Shown here piece by piece: positions 56,134 through 64,000 of a stretch of 64,000 nucleotides of DNA. Both the position numbers and the translations under genes were made by a program. Origin of the DNA: Octopus vulgaris (Eukaryota); NCBI GenBank assembly GCA_951406725.2, contig OX597818.1:99448001-99512000 (forward strand), in the 5' to 3' direction. Below the pieces are notes generated by a model, which searched no databases, was not told where the DNA came from, and was given only the letters and a program-made list of their open reading frames with translations. Numbering within the stretch: the stretch's first letter is position 1; each line of letters begins with the position of its first letter.

Positions 56134-56806
56134 TACACACACGCATGGATTTATTTAATGGTGGTAGGATTACAGAACTATTCGTTACGGGTTGAATCTG
56201 GACAAAGAGGCCCTGCCCATGATCTTTGAAGGTCTGATTAGCTTGATGCTGTTAGTGTTTCATTTAAACAGGTCAACACCTGCATGAAAGAGATGCGAAA
56301 TATTTCAGAGAAAGGATTTTGTGAGGAGGAAGGATTGCATATATTAGTTTGTGCGGGGATGGAGGGAAGGGTGTAGGAGGAAATTAGCGTAACAAGAGAT
56401 GAAAACAAACTAAAAAAAAAACTAATGAGTTGGGTGTGAGAGTACCTGAGTGGTAGAGAGACAAGACAAACAGGATTTGAAAACTAGAGGCCATCACTAG
56501 CGACAGAAAAAGCATTTCTGCGAAGAAAAACACCCTGTGGATACTTCCTTCTCAGCGAGGCCGATTTAGTCTTATAAAAGTCCAGTCCTTTCCCAGTTTT
56601 GCATGGTTTAAAGTAATGATCAGACAAAAAGTATGAAACGAAGAAAGCAAGAGTGCAATATTTTACTGGGATATTGTATGTATGCATGTCTGGTCTATGG
56701 TTCTAAATTCATTATTTTACCCATATGAAAAGAACTCAAATATCATCAATAATTCCAATGGCAATGATCGCAGGATAAATTATAATTCTTTTCTTTTCTT
56801 CTTTTC

Positions 56807-56837
<31 letters not shown>

Positions 56838-56900
56838 TGTATGTATGTATGTATGTATGTATGTATGTATGTATGTATGTATGTATGTATGTATGTATGT

Positions 56901-57010
56901 ATTGTAGATCTTTAGCTGGGCTAAAAAGTCATATTCGATCACAGAACCAGTAACAGTTAAGCTTCGTGCAATGGCCATACTCGATAATGAGGGGGCAGCC
57001 ATAATAATAA
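56901..57010 (+). mobile_element. Very short RTE-type LINE 3' end within (TATG)n
   Basis: Matches 51933-52040. Confidence 0.85.
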
Positions 57011-57633
57011 AAAAAATGTATGTATGTATGTATGTATGTATGTATGTATGTATGTATGTATGTATGCATGTATGTATGTATGTATGTAGGAAAGTTGATT
57101 GGTTGGTAAGCAGAGAGAAAGTAGGTGGGTAGATAGGTTGATAATGACCATAGTTCTTTCAGGTTTCTCAGTAACAGTTCTCTAGAGTTCGTCCTCTTGT
57201 TGCGTAACCACTGATCTAACAAAGCTAACTTTGTGCAGACAGAGACATTACTTTCGTTAGACCTCAACGTACATTTTACAAGAAAAACATATGAGCCGAC
57301 TATCTCCTTGCTTACTTCGCCACGTTTAGAAGCTCACTTTCTTTATCATTGACTATTGACGAAACAGTGTAAAACAATATGGAGGATTATCTGTATTCCA
57401 CTATTCATAACCATTAAAATACCTGAAATACAGGCATCCGTGTTATCTCTTTTCACAATATTCGCTTTCCGATTTATGCAAGAATGATCAAGAAATCAAT
57501 AAAGCAGAGATTAACATAACAGTAAACTATTTTCTCGAAAATTTTGGAAAGTTCAACATTTCCTGTTAAACAAACAACAGTATAAAACTAAAAACACGAA
57601 CAACAATAACAATACTGACATTAACAGCAAATT

Positions 57634-57641
57634 TAATAATG

Positions 57642-57703
<62 letters not shown>

Positions 57704-57714
57704 TAATAATAATA

Positions 57715-57751
<37 letters not shown>

Positions 57752-57766
57752 TAATAATGATAATAA

Positions 57767-57822
<56 letters not shown>

Positions 57823-57890
57823 ATAATAACAATAATAATAATAATAATGATAATAATAATAATAATAATAATATTTCTTGTAGTAATAAT
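57634..57890. repeat. (TAA)n/(TAG)n compound microsatellite
   Basis: Direct reading. Confidence 0.95.
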
Positions 57891-60119
57891 AAAATGAAAA
57901 AATGAAAAGGAAGGCAACAATGATTAGACTGATAAAAGAACAACTACGAGTAATTTCTATTTTAAATAAATTAATTCTAAACCGAGAAGTTTGTTTTCTT
58001 CTTAATTAACAAAAATTATTTCGTGAGTAAAAAAAATAAATCCAAGTCTTCGTTGTTTTGAATCGTTAGCATTTGTCGTCTGTTTCTATGATTCACCGAA
58101 ATGTGTCCAGACTCATTGGAAAATAAAACCAACAAACAAACGTGTTATACAGCAGACAGTGTAGTGTGATTCATGACATATGTTTGCTTCGATGTTCGGT
58201 TGAAATTATTTCAAAACGTGTCGGAGGAAGAAGAAGAAAAACACAAACAAAACAACCGAAAATGAATTCTTCTTCTAAATAATAAAAAATATGATTAAAA
58301 AAGAAAAATGAAAGTAAAACGCTATAGTCTGCGACATGTTAAAGCAGTGACTTAATGAAAGCAAAATAAGTAAGGACAGAAAATAAAGAACATGAATAAT
58401 AACCCATTACTCATCTGCATATTGTCAGTACAAAAGTTTTGATAAAATAAAAACAATATCAAACAAACAACAGTATGTACATTAGCACGTACAATTGCAA
58501 TGACAGGAGGTCTGCAAAATGTTGAAATCAAAGTTATTAATTAAAAATACGAGCACAGTATCTGTCAAAAACGATGGGGTTTGTTCTTGTTTCTTTTTAG
58601 TAATTTTTTTTTATAAATATTCCTCCTCGAACCTTTCTCCATTTTCTTCTTGCATCCGTCTGATTTCACCCTCTTTCAGTTATTCTTATGCTTTTTATCA
58701 CTAGCCTTGCGTCTGTTTCCTCTCGTATTTCTTATTGTCACCATGCAGCAATACTGCTCTCTAACTCACATCAAGCCTACTCACGTAGAATGTTCTTCGC
58801 TGACTCGAAACTCGTATAATGTTGTTGCTTATCCCCCTATAAACCTAGATTGGAGTCTTGTGCTAAAAAGGCTTCAAGTCGTGATTACCCGTCAGTGTGT
58901 ATAATATAGAAGCTACATTCTCTGATGCATCCTTTATATTTAAGGCAGAAAGATGTGATTTGAGAAGCTTTCTATTTCTTGCAGGCCAGCTAGTCAAATA
59001 GAAATTCCGTTAGTTGTTGTTTAGCATCAGGTAATGCCTGATAGAGCAGAGTTATAAGCAAGGGTGTTCCAGTCGTAACTCTTCTGTTTATCTTTTTGCA
59101 TACTAGGGACCGTATTGCTAAATGTGTCATTTCTGTTTAATACGACGTCATTCTAAAAGATTTGAAGGAAATCAGGCAACTTCTTTCTATTTTGACTTTT
59201 TATAAAAGCCTTCTTGCAATGAGAATCCGTCTTCTCTACCAAGGACTAAATACTCTACTGTGGTCCCCATTTTTAAGGCGGAAGGGTATTATTCAAAGAA
59301 CTTTCTTTGCTATATTTAGCAGATCAAGTAAATAAATGAAGCTTTACTCATTAGCTCGGCGTTGTATTTGGCGTCAGGTCAGGCTTAATTTAACCCATCA
59401 ATGATGAAAAGCGTTACATACCTATAGATACGCTGACTTGAATCACTGTAGTTTCTGAAATTGGTCTAAGAAAATTGATCACCATCAGTTTCCACGATGA
59501 GTATCCAGTTGTTTGATCGACTGAATTATGTGCTCACTGAATTACTACGTAAGTGGCTGAGTATTCCACAGTCACGTGAATGCTTAACGTGATCGTCAGG
59601 TAGAATAAATATGTCAGTGTGCGACAAGGCTATTCTTTTGAAATACAACCACAATTTAACCAACGGGATTATATACAGTTTCTACGCTCCCAAATTCATC
59701 CAGATAGCTCGAGTCAACCCGAGTCTAAAAAAAATATATTTGTTCAAGATGTCATGATAGGGAATGAAACAAGAGTTTTGATATTGTGAAAAGTATTTCT
59801 TTATAAACTATTTCGTCTCTTTGGGTCCTTTTTCCTTACACAGTCACACATACAACCTCACCCACATTTCACATACATAAGTATCCATGCGTGAGCATAC
59901 AACTACAGAAATATGGTCCAATACTCATACAAACCCGACATACATAGCTTAGCCTTTTGATGGAGGTAATATTAATGCTGCAACCCTATAAAAGGGCATT
60001 TCGTTATTTTCCTGTAAAATATATTCCATTGTTTCGAAGCTAGTGAAACCGATGCAATAAACTGCGTACAAATATATATGTATATATGTTTGCATACTAT
60101 ATATATATGTTTGCATACT

Positions 60120-60265
60120 AGTGGCTGTGTGGTAAGTAGCTTACTTACGAACCACATGGTTCTGGGTTCAGTCCCACCTTGGGCAGGCGCCTTCTACTAT
60201 AGCCTCGAGCCGTCCAAAGCCTTGTGAGTGGATTTGGTAGACAGAACTGAAAGAAGCCTGTCGTA

Positions 60266-60360
<95 letters not shown>

Positions 60361-60520
60361 ATATGTTTGTGTGTCTGTGTTTATCCCCCCAACTGGTGTG
60401 TTTATGTCCCCGAAACTTAGCGGTTCGGCAAAAGAGACCGATGGAATAAGTACTAGGCTTACGAAGAATAAGTCCTGGGGTCGATTTCCTCGACTAAAGG
60501 CGGCGCTCCAGCATGACCAC
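60120..60520 (+). mobile_element. SINE family A with expanded internal (TA)n, 3' end truncated
   Basis: agtggctgtgtggtaagtagc...gggttcagtccc...gctccagcatgaccac. Confidence 0.88.
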
Positions 60521-61004
60521 AGATAATACATACATATGCATATACATATACATACATGCATACATACATACATACATACATACATACATACATACATACA
60601 TACATACATACATACACACATATGCATACAACAGAGGTACATATAATATATACATATATAAGCTTGCATGTGTGCATGCGTCTTCATGTGCGTGTGTTTG
60701 TGAGAGAGAGTGTGTATGTGTGTGCGAGTGTATGTGTGAGTGTGCGTGGATGTATATGCATGTGTTGTATGTTTGTGTGTAGCTTGTGGTTCTCTGTGTT
60801 GTTAAGCTGACTAATGTTGGCAACAAAATTTGCACGCATACACAGTAATCTACACGTTCTGAGACGGACGTGTTTCAGACACTTTATGTCTATCCACTTG
60901 TTCTAACACCCTCATATATATTGTGTTTGATAGGTTGCTACATTCTTCACCAGCAAAATAACATTTACGCAGTCGCATACGAGACAGATACGCGCCCACA
61001 CAAA

Positions 61005-61096
<92 letters not shown>

Positions 61097-61701
61097 GTTT
61101 ATCTATCTATCAATCTATCAATCTATCAATCTTTCTACCTATAGTATATTACACATACACACTCATATATGTATATATATATAGAGAGAGAGATAGATAG
61201 ATAGATAGATATGTATATATTAGACTATGCACGTATGTTTGTATACACACACACACGCACACACACACGCACACATGTTTGTGATTGTGCATACGTGAGT
61301 TTGTATGTATGTAAATCTTGATAAATTTTCCGTTTCGCTGCCTTTATTAGTGAAACGTGCCTAGAATAAAATGTGGAATTTGTTCTCATGATACGTCGAA
61401 GTAGCAAGACGTAAGACGCACGAACAATCGCAATATGGTGGAAGAGAAAATAAAAAAAAAACAAACAAAAAAGACGTCTTGAACAGATTCGATTTTGTCT
61501 TTGACACTGTCATTATAGTTAAATATATTTAAACGGACCTGCAATGATTAAAATAGACAGTACAATAAGTCGTGTGTATTCATAACTCTAACATAATTCT
61601 AGCGTTTACCAATCATTTCATAAGAAATATTGGAGTAAAATGTGGTAAATATTTTCATCATCACTAAACTGCCTTACTACATTATTCACGGAAAATATAT
61701 A

Positions 61702-62116
61702 TATTTCTTTACTACACACAACGGGCTAAACATAGAGGGGACAAACAAAGACAGACAAAGGGATTAAGTCTATTACATCGACCACAGTGCGTATCTGGTA
61801 CTTAATTTATTGACCCCAAAAGGATAAAAAGCAAAGTCGACCTCGGCGGAATTTGAACTCAGAACGTAGCGGCAGACGAAATATCTATTTCTTTACTACC
61901 CACAAGGGGCTAAACATAGAGGGGACAAACAAAGACAGACAAAGGGATTAAGTCGATTACATCGACCCCAGTGCGTAACTGGTACTTAATTTCTCGACTC
62001 CCGAAAGGATGAAAGGCAAAGTCGACCTCGGCGGAATTTGAACTCGGAACGTAACGGCAGACGAAATACGGCTACGTATTTAGCCAGGCGTGCTAACGTT
62101 TCTGCCAGCTCACCGC
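61702..62116 (-). mobile_element. Tandem B1 SINEs: full copy (61885-62116) plus a 5'-truncated copy (61702-61883)
   Basis: tatttctttactac...gggctaaacatagaggggacaaac...ggcagacgaaata occurs twice head-to-tail. Confidence 0.92.
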
Positions 62117-63531
62117 AATATATAGTCCAGCCACTGGACTAGGTAGAAATAACAACCAAATTTCCTCAAAGTATTAAAAAAGATAAAGTGGTACTCCTTC
62201 AATAACGTAATACTTGATGTACTATGCTTAAAAAAAAAAAAAGGAAAAAGAACTGTTATATATCACCAGATATATATGGTTGGAAGACATTCCAGCATAA
62301 CTCTACTAGATTTTATGTTGACTTTGTTTTAATCAAAAGTGACAAGAACAAAGTCGAGTGGGTAATTGAAATATATATTCTATAAGGTTGTAAATATGTT
62401 CTCTGTCTTACTGCTTCAGGAGGTATGGTTTTTTTTTAATCCTAACTATAAATCACTCGAATTTCTCGTTAACATATTTTGTTGATACTCTCGTGCAAAC
62501 ATAATATTCACTGATTCTTGAACTTGTTATACTTCGTTCTAACCCAGAAATCTCACGTATTTACAAATGAAATAGAGAACCGATATTTGCTGTCTCACTC
62601 TCTAGAAATAGACAAAAAAATATTTTTCTATCGTCTTAAAGAAGGAAGTACTCACTAGATAGGGTACTTCTGAATAATCTATATGAGAAAATATGATAGT
62701 CTGATAAATCAGCTATAACAAATATAACAGGTATGACGATACAAATAATATCCAGTATTTATATTAACTAAATTAATTTTGATCTTTTCCAAGGATTCTC
62801 TGAGGAACTCCTTTCTCATTTGCATTGCGAATCAAATTTTTACCAGTTTCCACTTGCATAATTCTGTTTGTGTTCCAATCTCAAACACTTATTTTATAGA
62901 TTTGGACATAATCTTTGTAACCTCTTAGATATGGCCTAAAGTTATTGGTTTCTTTCATATTTATTCATAGAAATACAAATCGATCTCCGTCGGTTTCGAC
63001 AATGAGTATTCAGTTTTTATATCAACTGAATTACCTGATCGGTGAATTCGAGTGTAAGCGGTTAAGTATTCCATAGCCATACGTATTCTTAAAATAATTC
63101 TCAGGTAGAATCTGCGTGAGTGTGTGACAAGAGTGGAATACAAACCATCTCAATATAGAAAGCTTCCTGAAACTGAATCTACTTGCTTATTTTCGTTTGT
63201 TTCTATTCACTCAGTATAATGTTTACAAAAAATGTTTACAAAAAATGTTTACAAAAAATACTGAGCTAAACCACCACGCTCAAGGAAGCCCCTTGTGGTC
63301 TACAAAAACGTTTACATAACTACGCATGACATTTACTATGTTCAAATATATCCAAACGAACAATGTACTTGTATAATTTTAATTATACACACACACACAC
63401 ACACACATATATATTTACATATATATATTAATAGCAATGGTATGACAACAAAAGAATGAATGAGACCTCGATATTAAGTAAATAGAGGAATTTATCTATA
63501 ATATAATATGTGACAATAATTCCGTTGCCAT

Positions 63532-63592
63532 AATAAAACTCCGAGTTTCGGATGTCGGGGCAGAAATCTGCTCCGGCATCTCGTCAGTTATC
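63532..63592 (-). ncRNA. Type I hammerhead ribozyme motif inside a ~310 bp non-coding element (about 63430-63740)
   Basis: GAUAA-CUGACGA-GAUGCCGGAGCAG-AUUU-CUGCCCCGACAUC-C-GAAA-CUCGGA-GUU-UUAUU; 13-bp stem II with two mismatches, near-palindromic stem III. Confidence 0.7.
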
Positions 63593-63948
63593 AAGATAAT
63601 CAAAAAATGCTATGAAAATGACCGTTAAACAAAGGGAAATTACTATGTAAGTGACCGTTATTAAGACAAAAAACCTATTAAAATGACCGTTAAATAAGGG
63701 CAAAAAACCGAAGAGGAGAAAGTAAAAAAGTAAAAAATGCGCATAGAAATTGCATATGCACGCATGTACATAGATACACATGCACGCACGCACACCCACG
63801 TACATGTGCCTATATGCATATGTTCACTCACACTCGCGTGAAACACATGCATGTATACCCACATATATACGCAACGATACACATGTACATATACATGTAC
63901 ATATATACATACCCGCGCACATGCACACACACGCACACACACGCACAC

Positions 63949-64000
<52 letters not shown>

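Overview
AT-rich, microsatellite-saturated animal genomic DNA; the repeat families suggest a cephalopod (Octopus-like), which is inference only. Nearly all supplied ORFs are translations of simple repeats or SINEs. Supported content: (1) one clean minus-strand exon (42363-42462) encoding a signal peptide, so much of the window may be intronic to a gene for a secreted or membrane protein; (2) four tRNA-derived SINE families in more than 25 copies, with nesting, stacking and target-site duplications (TSDs); (3) retroelement remnants: three RTE-type LINE 3' ends carrying C2H2 fingers, two R4/Dong-type 3' ends at (TAA)n, and a decayed Penelope-like ORF; (4) a non-autonomous Helitron, a ~1.1 kb solo-LTR-like element and a ~176 bp foldback. 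The most interesting signal is at least six type I hammerhead-ribozyme-like motifs in unrelated short non-coding elements, most flanked by (TA)n-type repeats. One lies in a 445-bp-period, 1.2-mer retrozyme-like unit (36176-36721). All folds and alignments were done by eye and need computational or experimental confirmation.
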